Shown: positions 37,477 to 47,412 of the stretch, piece by piece
How the letters are laid out: every line of letters starts with the position of its first letter
How positions within the stretch are numbered: position 1 is the stretch's first letter
Assembly (NCBI GenBank): GCA_003978665.1
Contig: QNYQ01000027.1
Coordinates: 1 to 52,498, forward strand
Reading direction: 5' to 3'
Length of the DNA: 52,498 nt
From: Hyperthermus sp.
GTDB taxonomy: Archaea; Thermoproteota; Thermoprotei_A; Sulfolobales; Pyrodictiaceae
Notes under the pieces: generated by a model
Seen by the model: only the letters and a program-made list of their open reading frames with translations
What the model was told of the DNA's origin: nothing
Database searches by the model: none
Position numbers and translations under genes: made by a program

Positions 37477-38307
37477 CTAGACGAGGGCTGGCTCCCTGAA
37501 CCCGGAGAAGTAGCTGGCCTCGGCCAGTCTCCCCGAAACATAAGCCTCCGAGCAGTCTCCGCGGCCTCCGAGCATGCATGTTACAGCGCTCAGGGCCTTG
37601 CAGACCGCCCTATCCACGCTGGCTCCTTCCCCTGCCAGGCCATAGAGGGTTAACGCCATAAGCATGTCTCCGGCGCCTCGCGTGTCAACGCCGCCGTATA
37701 CTATGCGGGGCCTGCAGTGGAGTGTTCCCTCACTATAGTATAGTAGGGCACCCTTCTCCCCCATAGTGACCAGTAGTGCCGCAGTCCCCTCACGCCACGA
37801 CGACAAAGCGTTGCCCGCCTCTAGCACGCTGTACCCGACATCATCGATGCTAAGCTTAACTATAGCGGTCGCGGCCGGCTCCAGGAGGCTGAGCAGCCAC
37901 TCCACCAGGAAACCCGCCGTACCCCTACCATAAACAATGTCTCCTCCAGCATCCAGCCGCAGCAAACCCTGCAGGTCAACACCCACAATACTATAGTGGA
38001 GCACTATCCTGGCAAGCTCGTCGACACTCATCTCGCCGGCCACGGGGGAAACCAATACAGCCGCGCCGGGCCTAATGCTCCACGTGCAGCGCGGCCTCGA
38101 CACCAGCCTCAGCGACTTCCTCCCAAAACCCTCCACGTAGGCGAACACGGTCTCACAGCCTTCCCCCTCGGCAGCCCATGCCACACTCGTCTCGTCGAGG
38201 CCTAGGCTACGATAGGCTTTAACGGCAAAATAGTATGGCCCCCCACTAAGCCTCCTATCCCCGTGAACGTCCACGGCGCCTGCAGAATACACTACAAGCA
38301 GCATCAA
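37477..38307 (-). CDS. PfkB-family carbohydrate kinase
   Basis: VTMGEKGA and VDTRGAGD motifs. Confidence 0.85.
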   Translation of the reverse strand: MMLLVVYSAGAVDVHGDRRLSGGPYYFAVKAYRSLGLDETSVAWAAEGEGCETVFAYVEGFGRKSLRLVSRPRCTWSIRPGAAVLVSPVAGEMSVDELARIVLHYSIVGVDLQGLLRLDAGGDIVYGRGTAGFLVEWLLSLLEPAATAIVKLSIDDVGYSVLEAGNALSSWREGTAALLVTMGEKGALLYYSEGTLHCRPRIVYGGVDTRGAGDMLMALTLYGLAGEGASVDRAVCKALSAVTCMLGGRGDCSEAYVSGRLAEASYFSGFREPALV

Positions 38308-38538
38308 CTACTCCTCCTCAGACTCCACGACAGCAAACCTGTACTTATCAGCCCTTCTCGCATGAGCCCTCAAGTGCTCAAGCAGATCACGTGGCATAAA
38401 GAAATAGCTCGCATTATCACCTAGGCCGCAGACGGGGCATGCGATGAGCCCAGTGGCCTTGTCTCTAAACACCCTTATCCTAACACCGCTATACTCAAGG
38501 ACCTCCTCGACCCACTCGGGCTCCCACTGAAGAGACAC
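38308..38538 (-). CDS. Small C2H2 zinc-finger protein
   Basis: CPVC...FF...DLLEHLRAH. Confidence 0.8.
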   Translation of the reverse strand: MSLQWEPEWVEEVLEYSGVRIRVFRDKATGLIACPVCGLGDNASYFFMPRDLLEHLRAHARRADKYRFAVVESEEE

Positions 38539-38553
38539 AGCCAGCCCCCTCTC

Positions 38554-39921
38554 CTAGCCGAGCTTGCTGCGATACTCCGCGTAGATCTCTTCAAGCCTTC
38601 TAACCCAGCTTTTGAGCCCGGCGGGTGTGTCGGGGTAGGCGTTGTAGTGCTTCTTCACCAGCTTCATGTAGTGGGCGACGGTCTTTAGTCTAGCTAGGAG
38701 GCTGGGCCTCCTTAAGCCCCTCAATATGATGTTTAGCTTCTCTATTACACTAACGCTTATGTCGCCCTCAGAGCTGGTATAGTATATGTCTTGTTCCGGT
38801 ATAAGCCTCTTCTCCATACCATAGCTTATATCGCTATTGCTCAGCCTCTGGAGAAAGATCCGGAACACGTCGAGCGCCGCCTGCCTGGCCCCTATAGCCC
38901 TCATGTACTCCACGTTAAGCCTCCATAGAGCCTCTACGCTAATGTCTCCAGCCTCGTAGGCCTCCTCAAAGACCCGGGCGGCTATGTAGGCGGCTCTAAA
39001 CGCGTAGCCCATCCCGCCGCCGTGCAGAGGGTTTACCGTGTAGGCTGCGTCACCTATAGCAACTATACCGGGCCCCACCATGCTATTGGAGGGCCTGCGC
39101 GTGGGCAGGGGGGCCCCGGCTGCTTTCGCTACATGGAACCTCCTGCTGAAGAGCCTGTGCGTCTTGACCAGCCTCTGGTAGCGCTCTCTTGGGTTTATTC
39201 CGAGGCTAGCCTGAACCCCGACGCCAGCGTTGACACTTGTGGGCGACTCGGGGAAGAACCACCAGTATCCTCCCGGTGCGAGCTCCTGGTCAATGTAGAT
39301 CCTAATTACACTCGGCTCTTCAACCTCATAGTCCTCGTAGACTATGACCTCACGGTATGCTATGTTGGTATCCTCGCTCGATATATCCTCTGCGATAGGC
39401 CACTCTCCCGGAAGCTTGCTGCGCAAAACCCTCGTAAACCCCGTCGCCTCGACCACAAGCCTACCCCTAAGCTCTACGGGCCCACCACCACCCCTAGCCC
39501 TAACCCCTACAACCCTCCCCTTCTCGATCAACGGGGCCACAATATGGGTTGAGAGGAGGACCTCGGCGCCATGGTTCACAGCATCCTCTAGAAGCCACTT
39601 ACCCATAGCCTCACGATCTATAATGTAGCCCTCTCCCCTAACCCTATACCGCACCTTCTCGCCGGGAGAATACACGTCAATAGCCTCAACCCTATTCTTG
39701 ACCACAGCCGAAGGCAGGGGAGGCAGGCCAGCCTCCCTCACATGGTGAGCGCCCAGCGCGTCGCCGCATGGCTTGCCCCATAGCGTGCCCGGTCCACGCA
39801 TGTCAACCCCTATGACGCGGAAGCCTCTACGCGCAAGATGCCAGAGGGCGACCGTTCCAGCAGGCCCGAGCCCGGCAACAACAACATCATACTCTCCCAT
39901 AGTGTTCTCCTCCAGCCCCAT
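38554..39921 (-). CDS. Digeranylgeranylglycerophospholipid reductase (geranylgeranyl reductase)
   Basis: GLGPAG FAD motif, KPCGDA, PGGYWWFFP, GDAA..VNPLHGGG. Confidence 0.93.
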   Translation of the reverse strand: MGLEENTMGEYDVVVAGLGPAGTVALWHLARRGFRVIGVDMRGPGTLWGKPCGDALGAHHVREAGLPPLPSAVVKNRVEAIDVYSPGEKVRYRVRGEGYIIDREAMGKWLLEDAVNHGAEVLLSTHIVAPLIEKGRVVGVRARGGGGPVELRGRLVVEATGFTRVLRSKLPGEWPIAEDISSEDTNIAYREVIVYEDYEVEEPSVIRIYIDQELAPGGYWWFFPESPTSVNAGVGVQASLGINPRERYQRLVKTHRLFSRRFHVAKAAGAPLPTRRPSNSMVGPGIVAIGDAAYTVNPLHGGGMGYAFRAAYIAARVFEEAYEAGDISVEALWRLNVEYMRAIGARQAALDVFRIFLQRLSNSDISYGMEKRLIPEQDIYYTSSEGDISVSVIEKLNIILRGLRRPSLLARLKTVAHYMKLVKKHYNAYPDTPAGLKSWVRRLEEIYAEYRSKLG

Positions 39922-40053
39922 ACACCCTACGAGCAGTCAGCCGGAGGGATAACGTTCCCGGCTGCTGCAGCCTAGATAAAAGGCTAAGGGTCACACGCAC
40001 TAAAGTAAATAGCATGGTGGCGGGGAGAAAAAGAAGAGGGGTGGAGGGCTGCC

Positions 40054-40593
40054 TTGTCATTCTTCTGGCGTAGAAGGATATCGGACATATTCGAGGAACT
40101 GGAGGAGTTGATGAGGCAGATAGAGAGAATGGCCTTCTCGGCTTTCGAGGAGTACCCCCAGCGTGTATTTGAGAGGAGAGGTATCGAGGCTAAAGGACCC
40201 ATAGTCTATGGTGTGAGAATAACCATAGGCCCCGATGGGAGACCAGTCATAGAGGAGTTCGGTAACGTGAAGAGGGTTGGCAGGAGACCGGTCATAGAGG
40301 AGGCCATGGAGCCTCTCGTGGACGTGATAGAAGAGGAGGACAAGATCGTCGTTGTGGCCGAGATACCTGGAATAGATAAGGATAAGATAGACATAAGGAT
40401 AAAGGATAGGACACTCATCATAAAGGCTAAAGGGAAGGAGAGGAAATACTACAAGGAGGTTCCCCTCCCAGCCACCGTGAAACCCGAGACTGCTAAGGCG
40501 AAATACAAGAACGGTGTACTAGAGGTAACAATAGAGAAGATTAGGGAGAGAGAGGAGAAGGAGGAGGGAGGAATAAGAGTAAAGGTTGAGTAG
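40054..40593 (+). CDS. hsp20: Archaeal small heat-shock protein Hsp20
   Basis: YGVRITIGPDGRPVIEEFGN, EPLVDV, AKYKNGVLEV, C-terminal IxV. Confidence 0.95.
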   Translation: MSFFWRRRISDIFEELEELMRQIERMAFSAFEEYPQRVFERRGIEAKGPIVYGVRITIGPDGRPVIEEFGNVKRVGRRPVIEEAMEPLVDVIEEEDKIVVVAEIPGIDKDKIDIRIKDRTLIIKAKGKERKYYKEVPLPATVKPETAKAKYKNGVLEVTIEKIREREEKEEGGIRVKVE

Positions 40594-40605
40594 AGGCAAC
40601 GCCCA

Positions 40606-40615
40606 CCTCTTTTTA
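40606..40615 (+). terminator. Pyrimidine/T-run terminator of hsp20
   Basis: CCTCTTTTT ~15 nt after the stop. Confidence 0.4.
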
Positions 40616-40640
40616 CATGCTCAAGCCTCCCCCGCGGACT

Positions 40641-41210
40641 TCATCCCCCACCCTCTCCCGTATCGTCCCTTCTCTGTAGGGGCTCATAGCGGGCTTTAGG
40701 CGAGCTTACAATACTGGCTCCTTCAGGGTCAATGACTACCAGCGTGAAGGGGGTCTTAGCGCTCTTCATTGCCTCAAGCTTCTCCCTAGCCTCCCTGCAG
40801 GCTTTATCACTCTCCCTGGAGCGGCAGGCCACGCTTAGGGCTTCCAGGAAGCGGTCAATTATACCCTCGACCGTTGTTATGAAGGATTCCGAGGCGGGGC
40901 CGGGATCCATCGAGGCCCCCATCTCCTCTAGTATAATGCTCGCCTTCGACGATTTCAGCACCATGACGTTTATGTCCTCCTCGCTCTCAACCCTAAACAC
41001 TATCCTGCGCGGCTCTCCCCCCTCTAGGCTCCTCACATCCCTAAAGCTGTAGCCGCACCTGGGGCATGTGCCTACGGTTATGAGTACGTGGCCTAGGCCG
41101 GGTACTTCGTAAAGATAGTCTGTCACCTCTAGCTCTGGGCTCCCGCAGAGAGGGCATCTTACGCGTAGCGTTCCAATCTTCACTGGGTTTTTCAACGTGG
41201 GATCCTCCAT
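40641..41210 (-). CDS. ZPR1 zinc-finger protein
   Basis: CPLC...CPRCGY, PGPASESFITTVEG, IDPEGAS. Confidence 0.92.
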   Translation of the reverse strand: MEDPTLKNPVKIGTLRVRCPLCGSPELEVTDYLYEVPGLGHVLITVGTCPRCGYSFRDVRSLEGGEPRRIVFRVESEEDINVMVLKSSKASIILEEMGASMDPGPASESFITTVEGIIDRFLEALSVACRSRESDKACREAREKLEAMKSAKTPFTLVVIDPEGASIVSSPKARYEPLQRRDDTGEGGG

Positions 41211-41506
41211 CGGGCCGGTCGCCGTGCTCTCTCCGGGGGAGGGGCTGCTTATTTAACACCTGTTACTATTATGTGGGGGTTTCAGCTACTATTACACATT
41301 TAGCTGGGAAGATGGCGGGGAGGGTTCCACTGTGATAGGGTAGGCTTGGCCGCTTTAAGGCTAGTAGTCTCGGAGCAGGTTAAAGCTTTAGAGCCCTTCC
41401 AGCGGCGGCTGCCCTAGCCTCTCCAGACGCATGATCAGCCTAGGGCTCCGCGCCATGTATCGTGGCCTATAATAGTTTCAGCCAGCACTATGCCAGGTGT
41501 TAGCCC

Positions 41507-41785
41507 TTGGTGGCTGAAGCCAAGCCCCGCAGCGGCGAGATAACAATAATCACTGGCTCTCCCAAGAAGGTTGTGAGCTTCAAGCTTGATGTGAGCTTGA
41601 TCGAGGAGATTGACAGGGTCTGGTCTATGCTCGGCTACTCATCTAGGAGCGAGTTTATACGGGACGCCGTGATATACTACATGCAGGTCGCAGTGAGGTT
41701 GAAGAACGGCTACGGCGATGGACGCTGCAGGTGTGATTGCCCAGCGCCGGGCGGAGTGGCTGATAGCGGTGCTGGAGACGAGTAG
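41507..41785 (+). CDS. Ribbon-helix-helix (CopG) regulator
   Basis: VVSFKLDVSLIEEID.....GYSSRSEFIRDAV. Confidence 0.88.
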   Translation: MVAEAKPRSGEITIITGSPKKVVSFKLDVSLIEEIDRVWSMLGYSSRSEFIRDAVIYYMQVAVRLKNGYGDGRCRCDCPAPGGVADSGAGDE

Positions 41786-41824
41786 TGCTTGGCCGCGTGG
41801 CACGTCACGGCCCTGGAATGGTTT

Positions 41825-42226
41825 TTAGGCCTCTCCTCCACGTCCCCCCGCAACCTCTCTCACAATGTTTTCAAGGGCCCTCCTGAAGGTTCGGGCGCAC
41901 TCCTCGAAGTCTGAGATTATTTTCTCGACTACTCTCTCAGGGTTATCGATATAGTACTTGTAGCGGGGCCTCCCCACCCTGGCCCTCTTCTCCCTTTTCC
42001 GCGAGACGAAGCCCACCTCGACAAGCTTTGCTAGGCCACGGTTTATGGTTGCTTTACTCAAGCCCAGCTTCTGTGTAAGGTCGTCGACAGTATAGTCTCC
42101 ACCTTGTAGGAGCTCGAAGAGTATTGCCACATCAGTCTCGCTTAGATCGTAGCAGAACCTCAATCCCTCAACTATCGCTGCCTCACGGCCCGTCGGCAAA
42201 CGAAGCTTTGCACCCATTATACTCAA
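41825..42226 (-). CDS. Lrs14-family winged-helix regulator
   Basis: LPTGRE...LRFCYDLSETDV, SKATINRGL, GRPRYKY. Confidence 0.88.
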   Translation of the reverse strand: MSIMGAKLRLPTGREAAIVEGLRFCYDLSETDVAILFELLQGGDYTVDDLTQKLGLSKATINRGLAKLVEVGFVSRKREKRARVGRPRYKYYIDNPERVVEKIISDFEECARTFRRALENIVREVAGGRGGEA

Positions 42227-42324
42227 ATCTTTTACACCAATTTAAAACTAAGCAGCAACCTGATCTTATTTATCTTTTATTTCGAACACACAACAGATTC
42301 CCCCAAACCTTGCCCTCCCCTCCT

Positions 42325-42669
42325 CTAGGAGCCCCCGCATGATGCGCCAAGCTTCTCTGCAATCTCTCTGCGATCACTTGTCAGCGGCGCGTTCACGTCT
42401 ATAACCAGGGAGTCTTCAAGAGCCCTCCCCCAGTGTAGCCTGCCTGGCTCGATTACAAGCAGGCTGCCCGCCTCCAGCCTCTGTTCCCCGCGTCCCTCCA
42501 CCCCGAGGATTATTGATCCTTTAAGCACGATTGTCAGCTGGGTTGAATCGTGTCTATGGGCTGGTATTGTTGAATCCTTCTTGAGCTCCGTCTCCATTAC
42601 AGCCATGTTATCGTCGCAGTATAGTATTCTTGAGCAGGTGCCCGGAAACAGGGGCTTACAGTCTCCCAT
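42325..42669 (-). CDS. Cupin-domain protein
   Basis: PAHRH..Q...VLKG...PGRLH. Confidence 0.85.
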   Translation of the reverse strand: MGDCKPLFPGTCSRILYCDDNMAVMETELKKDSTIPAHRHDSTQLTIVLKGSIILGVEGRGEQRLEAGSLLVIEPGRLHWGRALEDSLVIDVNAPLTSDRREIAEKLGASCGGS

Positions 42670-42711
42670 ACTCCTCCACCCTCTCGTGTGCATGGGCGTG
42701 TGGAGGTCTTT

Positions 42712-43752
42712 TCACGGAAGCTTCTTTACTATGGACTCTACAAGCCTTATTAGCTGCTGGGTTCTTGCTCTTCTCCTCCTCCGGGTCTTCTGCCTCTCCT
42801 CGAACGCTTGTTGTAGCGTGTGTGGTATCTTGGGTTTTATGCGGTGTGGTATTGGTCTACCGTCGGGGCCTATTGATACCATTATGGTGTACATTCTGGC
42901 TATTGTTGTTTTTCTATCCTTCTCCGGGTTCTCTGCTGTGATCTTTACTAGTACTTCACTGCTTGTGTTGCCTACTCCCGTGATGCCTGCTTCTATGCGT
43001 AGCAGGTCCCCCACGTAGCCTGGTGACGCGAATACTGCTGCATCGAAGCTTGCCGTTACCACTGGGCTCCCCGTGGCCTTCATGGCTGCGATCGCAGCTA
43101 CCTGGTCTATGTCGTAGAAGAGTTTTGATGCGTCTAGCACGTTGGGGAGGGAGAATGCTGCTTCGGGGCTTATCACCTGGTATGATTCGACCCGGTAGGG
43201 TGTTTCAAGGGGCTTCGTGTCCTGGGCAATGAGTTTTCTCTCCTCTATGAGGGGTTTGCGCTCTGCCAGCCACTCTAGGTGGAGTGTTTCTAGGGCTTTT
43301 GACTCCATGCTGCATGGCTTAATGTTGATGCCGTGCGGCCTGGGCTTAACGTTTTCGTCGACTGACACGAATGTCTGAATGCTTAGGCTGACGGGTTTTG
43401 TTTCCCTGCCGCCCGGCGGTGCTGATTCGGCGTATGTGAGCACGTCGAGGGTGTGTCTTGTAGCACCTATTACCAGGGAGTATGCGTGGAGGTTTTCGCC
43501 GAGTCTTCCCGGGTTAAGCATGAACAGGTAGTCTATGGCTCCCAGCACCACGTAGCCTCCTGACGCCCTCATTGCTGACATGCTTCCGGCTTCCAGCATC
43601 CACCATGCCAGCATTCCGCCGTGTAGTGTGCCATACCTATTAGTGTACCTTGGGTATATTGGTCTGAGGAGGGTTATTAGCGTGGACTCTATACATATGC
43701 TCCTCCCATCCATAACACTCCACCTTTCTGGGAGAGGCTGGTTACCGGTCAA
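42712..43752 (-). CDS. Double-hotdog acyl-CoA thioesterase
   Basis: TNRYGTLHGG and a second hotdog repeat (GNTSSEV...VSIGPDGRP). Confidence 0.88.
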   Translation of the reverse strand: MTGNQPLPERWSVMDGRSICIESTLITLLRPIYPRYTNRYGTLHGGMLAWWMLEAGSMSAMRASGGYVVLGAIDYLFMLNPGRLGENLHAYSLVIGATRHTLDVLTYAESAPPGGRETKPVSLSIQTFVSVDENVKPRPHGINIKPCSMESKALETLHLEWLAERKPLIEERKLIAQDTKPLETPYRVESYQVISPEAAFSLPNVLDASKLFYDIDQVAAIAAMKATGSPVVTASFDAAVFASPGYVGDLLRIEAGITGVGNTSSEVLVKITAENPEKDRKTTIARMYTIMVSIGPDGRPIPHRIKPKIPHTLQQAFEERQKTRRRRRARTQQLIRLVESIVKKLP

Positions 43753-43761
43753 GACGAGCGT

Positions 43762-44625
43762 ATGGGAGGGTGCTCCAGGAGCGGCTGGGTTGGGTATAAG
43801 AGGGGAGGGGTGTTACCGGCTCCTTGGGCTCCTTCCTGGGGGCGCCCGCAAGTGGTTTATGAGCCTGTTCCAGGCGTGGAGATTGTTTCGAGCCTACCAG
43901 CAGTATATGTGCGTGGTATTAACGCTATTGTTGTCGCTGACCTCCACCTAGGCTTTGAGGAGGAGGCTGCCCAGCAGGGCTATTTTCTGCCCCGTATCCA
44001 GCTGTCTAGGGCTAGGGAGGTTCTGCGTGAGGCTATTGACTCTACCGGGGCTGACTGGGTGATTATTGCGGGTGATGTTAAGCATAGTTTTTCCCGTCTC
44101 CTGCCGAGCGAGAGGAGGGAGTTGAAGAGTCTTTTCGAGTTCCTTTCCTCGCGCAGCGTCAAGATCACCGTGGTTAGGGGTAATCACGACAACTACTTGG
44201 TTCTCGTTGCAAGAGACTATAGTGTTGAGCTTGTTGATGAACTCTATGTTGACGGTATACTTATCGTTCACGGTCACCGTAAGCCTCGGGGTAGTTATCC
44301 GGAGCGGTTAAAGGCTGTGATAATGGGCCATGAGCATCCGAGTATAAGGCTTAGGGACAAGCTTGGGTTCATAGCTAAGCTCCCAGCATTCCTCTCAGCG
44401 CCCTACCCCTCCCTTAACACGCGCCTCCTCGTGCTCCCCGCCGTCGGCCAGTACCAGACGGGGACGACCGTCAGCCTCTCGCCCGAGACCTACCTATCCC
44501 CTATACTCCGGGAGGATGTGCCGCTCGCCGAGATCAAGCCCTATGTGCTTGCGGAGGATCTCGGGGTTCTGGAGTTCCCGGAGCTGGGCCTGCTTGAGGA
44601 CTTGCTTGACGAGATAGAGGTGTAA
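43762..44625 (+). CDS. Metallophosphoesterase (MJ0037/PdeM-like)
   Basis: ADLHLG, AGDVKH, RGNHD, HGH, GHEHP, LPA. Confidence 0.9.
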   Translation: MGGCSRSGWVGYKRGGVLPAPWAPSWGRPQVVYEPVPGVEIVSSLPAVYVRGINAIVVADLHLGFEEEAAQQGYFLPRIQLSRAREVLREAIDSTGADWVIIAGDVKHSFSRLLPSERRELKSLFEFLSSRSVKITVVRGNHDNYLVLVARDYSVELVDELYVDGILIVHGHRKPRGSYPERLKAVIMGHEHPSIRLRDKLGFIAKLPAFLSAPYPSLNTRLLVLPAVGQYQTGTTVSLSPETYLSPILREDVPLAEIKPYVLAEDLGVLEFPELGLLEDLLDEIEV

Positions 44626-44714
44626 TGGGGGGTTTCAGCCGCCTCCTCTAGGGGCGTGGGCGTGTAAGGCTTTAATGTCCTGGCTCCAGCCCCGCATATG
44701 TGAGGCGCTGGTGT

Positions 44715-46727
44715 ATGCGTGAAGTAAAGACTGTTCTTGTTGTTGGAGCAGGCACAATGGGCCATGGTATTGCCGAGGTTGCTGCACTAGCCGGCTATAC
44801 CGTGTACTTGGCCGATATTAGTAGCGATATACTGCGGGGGGCTCTTGAGAAGATACGTTGGAGCCTTGGAAAACTCTACAGTAAGGGTGCTGTACGCGAG
44901 CCTCCCGACAGGGTTATGGAGAGGATCCATACGGTTGTCAACCTGTCTCCGAGCGGTGATTTTACTAGTGGCTTCAGAGAGGTGCTTGGCAGCGTTGATT
45001 TCGTGATAGAGGCTGTGCCGGAGAAGCTCGAGCTTAAGCAGAGGCTTTTCGAGTTCATGGACTCCCATACTGCTGGCGATGTGGTATTGGCCACGAATAC
45101 CAGCAGCCTCCCAATAACCGAGATAGCCTCCGCCACCAAGCTGCCCGAGAGAGTTGTGGGGATGCACTTCTTCAACCCGCCTCCCCTCATGCCGCTTGTG
45201 GAGGTTATTCGTGGAGAGGCCACGAGCGATGATACTGTTGACGCCACAGTCAAGCTTGCAAGAAGCATGGGCAAGGAGCCTGTTATCGTGAAGCGTGATG
45301 TGCCGGGGTTTATAGTCAACAGGGTGTTGGCCAGGATACTCAACGAGGCCTGTTGGACTGTTGCGCGCGGAGAGGCTAGCGTTATTGAAGTAGACTCGGC
45401 TGTAAAGTATAGGCTCGGGTTCCCAATGGGGTTGTTCGAGCTAGCGGACTACAGCGGCATTGACGTGTTCTATTACGTCTTCGACGCAATGACTAGGCGC
45501 GGCTTCAAGGCTCACCCCTGCCCGCTTTTCCGCGAGAAGTTCGAGGCAGGGCTGCTGGGGGTTAAGGCTGGCAGGGGCTTCTACGAGTATCCTGGCCCTG
45601 GGAGGCATGTAAGGCCTAGTATCCCGAAGGAGGCTGGCTCCAAGCTTAATCCGGTCTACCTGATAGCTCCCGGCGTTAATGAGGCAGCCTACCTGGTTCG
45701 TGAGGGCATTGCCGAGAGGGATGACGTGGATAAGGCTACGAGGCTCGGGCTGGGGCTGCCCAAAGGCATACTACGCTATGCTGACGAGTACGGTGTAGAC
45801 ACCATAGTTGATGCTTTGAGGAAGCTTCACGAGAAAACTGGCTGGGAGGAGTATGCTCCAGACCCGCTGCTAGAGTCCATGGTTAGGGAGGGGAGGCTTG
45901 GCGTTAAGGCTGGCAGGGGCTTCTACGAGTATTCTGGTGTTGAGGAGAGGAGGTATGACACGCTCCTGGTTAGGCTTGAGCCTCCCCTGGCCTGGATTGT
46001 GCTGAATAGGCCGGAGAGGCTTAATGCTATAAGCCCTAGGATGCTTGATGAGCTCACGAGGGTTCTGGACGAGCTTGAGGATGATGATCGTGTAAGGGTT
46101 GTACTCGTTACCGGGGCTGGGAGGGCCTTTAGTGCTGGAGCCGATGTCAGCGAGTTCACGTCATTGACCCCCGTTAAGGCGATGGTCTACTCTAGGAGGT
46201 TCCAGGAGGTCTTGTTTAAGCTTGAATACTACACTAGGCCCGTGATAGCCGTATTGAACGGCTACACCCTGGGCGGCGGGCTTGAGCTAGCCATGGCAGC
46301 TGACTTCAGAATAGCCAGCGAGGGGGCCATGCTCGGGCAGCCCGAGATCAACCTGGGCATCATACCCGGCGCCGGGGGGACGCAGCGCCTACCGAGGCTC
46401 ATTGGCAGGAGTAGGGCGAAGGAGCTAATCTACACTGGCGACATGATCCCCGCGAAAGAGGCTGAAGCCCTGGGGCTTGTTGACCGTGTTGTGCCCGCGG
46501 GCCAGCTTGAGCAGGAGGCCAGGCAGTTCGCGTTGAAGCTGGCCGAGAAGCCCCCGCTAGCCCTAATGGCAGCCAAGTACTCTATACAGGCTGGAGTAGA
46601 GGCGAGCATTTGGAGTGGGATGATGCTGGAGAGCAGCCTCTTCGGCCTCCTCTTCAGCACCAAGGATGCTGCCGAAGGCGTGTCAGCTTTCCTTGAGAAG
46701 AGGAGGCCAAGGTTTAGGGGCGTTTAA
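44715..46727 (+). CDS. 3-hydroxyacyl-CoA dehydrogenase / enoyl-CoA hydratase fusion
   Basis: GAGTMGHG, EAVPE, TNTSS, HFFNP, two C-terminal dimerisation domains, then crotonase (LNRPERLNA, GGGLEL, PGAGGTQRL). Confidence 0.95.
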   Translation: MREVKTVLVVGAGTMGHGIAEVAALAGYTVYLADISSDILRGALEKIRWSLGKLYSKGAVREPPDRVMERIHTVVNLSPSGDFTSGFREVLGSVDFVIEAVPEKLELKQRLFEFMDSHTAGDVVLATNTSSLPITEIASATKLPERVVGMHFFNPPPLMPLVEVIRGEATSDDTVDATVKLARSMGKEPVIVKRDVPGFIVNRVLARILNEACWTVARGEASVIEVDSAVKYRLGFPMGLFELADYSGIDVFYYVFDAMTRRGFKAHPCPLFREKFEAGLLGVKAGRGFYEYPGPGRHVRPSIPKEAGSKLNPVYLIAPGVNEAAYLVREGIAERDDVDKATRLGLGLPKGILRYADEYGVDTIVDALRKLHEKTGWEEYAPDPLLESMVREGRLGVKAGRGFYEYSGVEERRYDTLLVRLEPPLAWIVLNRPERLNAISPRMLDELTRVLDELEDDDRVRVVLVTGAGRAFSAGADVSEFTSLTPVKAMVYSRRFQEVLFKLEYYTRPVIAVLNGYTLGGGLELAMAADFRIASEGAMLGQPEINLGIIPGAGGTQRLPRLIGRSRAKELIYTGDMIPAKEAEALGLVDRVVPAGQLEQEARQFALKLAEKPPLALMAAKYSIQAGVEASIWSGMMLESSLFGLLFSTKDAAEGVSAFLEKRRPRFRGV

Positions 46728-46793
46728 GGTCTCCTTCACCCTTCATCCTCTTTTTCCTTGCCGAGCTAACACTTTATTTCTCCCTCTTACACA

Positions 46794-47363
46794 TTGTATT
46801 ACCTCTGGGGGCCCTGGTTGCCTACCGAGAGCTACAGCGAGGGGAGGGCGGGCTGCAGAGGGCTGCTGACAGAGGCGCTTGTCGAGGGGAGGCTCATAGA
46901 AGTTGAAAGGCACAGCACCGTGATAGAGTTCTATGGTGTTGTTGAGGAGGCTGAGGCCTACCTGGGGAGGGCAAGAGTCCTCCTAGCACCCCTCTACGCT
47001 GAGAGGGTTAGGCTTCTCCAGAAAGCTGTAAGGCTTATAGGAGGTGTTCTCGCCGGCTACATTAAGCCGGGCGACGTAGAGGACCTCCTCAATAGAGCTG
47101 CCGAGGGGCTTGACGAGCCTCGGGGCTGGAGTCTCAGCGGCTGCGATGAGCCAGAATCCCTTCTGGCACTGGCGTCCGTGAAGCTGAGGGCTGCCGAGAG
47201 GCTCGCTAGCAGGATGCACAGTGAGGGCTTGGTGTCAAGGTCTACAACCGAGAGCCTCATAGCCCTGTTGTCGCGCATAGCATACATAACGTTCATGATC
47301 AGGGTCTCGCTGTGCAGGAGGGCTAAGCTCCCGGAGGCTAGGAGCCTGGCGCTGCTCGCGTAG
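46794..47363 (+). CDS. Divergent PduO-type cobalamin adenosyltransferase-like protein
   Basis: IEFYGVVEEAEAYLG and LRAAER motifs; canonical TxTGDxG absent. Confidence 0.6.
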   Translation: MYYLWGPWLPTESYSEGRAGCRGLLTEALVEGRLIEVERHSTVIEFYGVVEEAEAYLGRARVLLAPLYAERVRLLQKAVRLIGGVLAGYIKPGDVEDLLNRAAEGLDEPRGWSLSGCDEPESLLALASVKLRAAERLASRMHSEGLVSRSTTESLIALLSRIAYITFMIRVSLCRRAKLPEARSLALLA

Positions 47364-47412
47364 AGAGAAACCATTCCCTCGAGGGGCCCGGGGAGGAGAG
47401 ACTGTATCCTTC

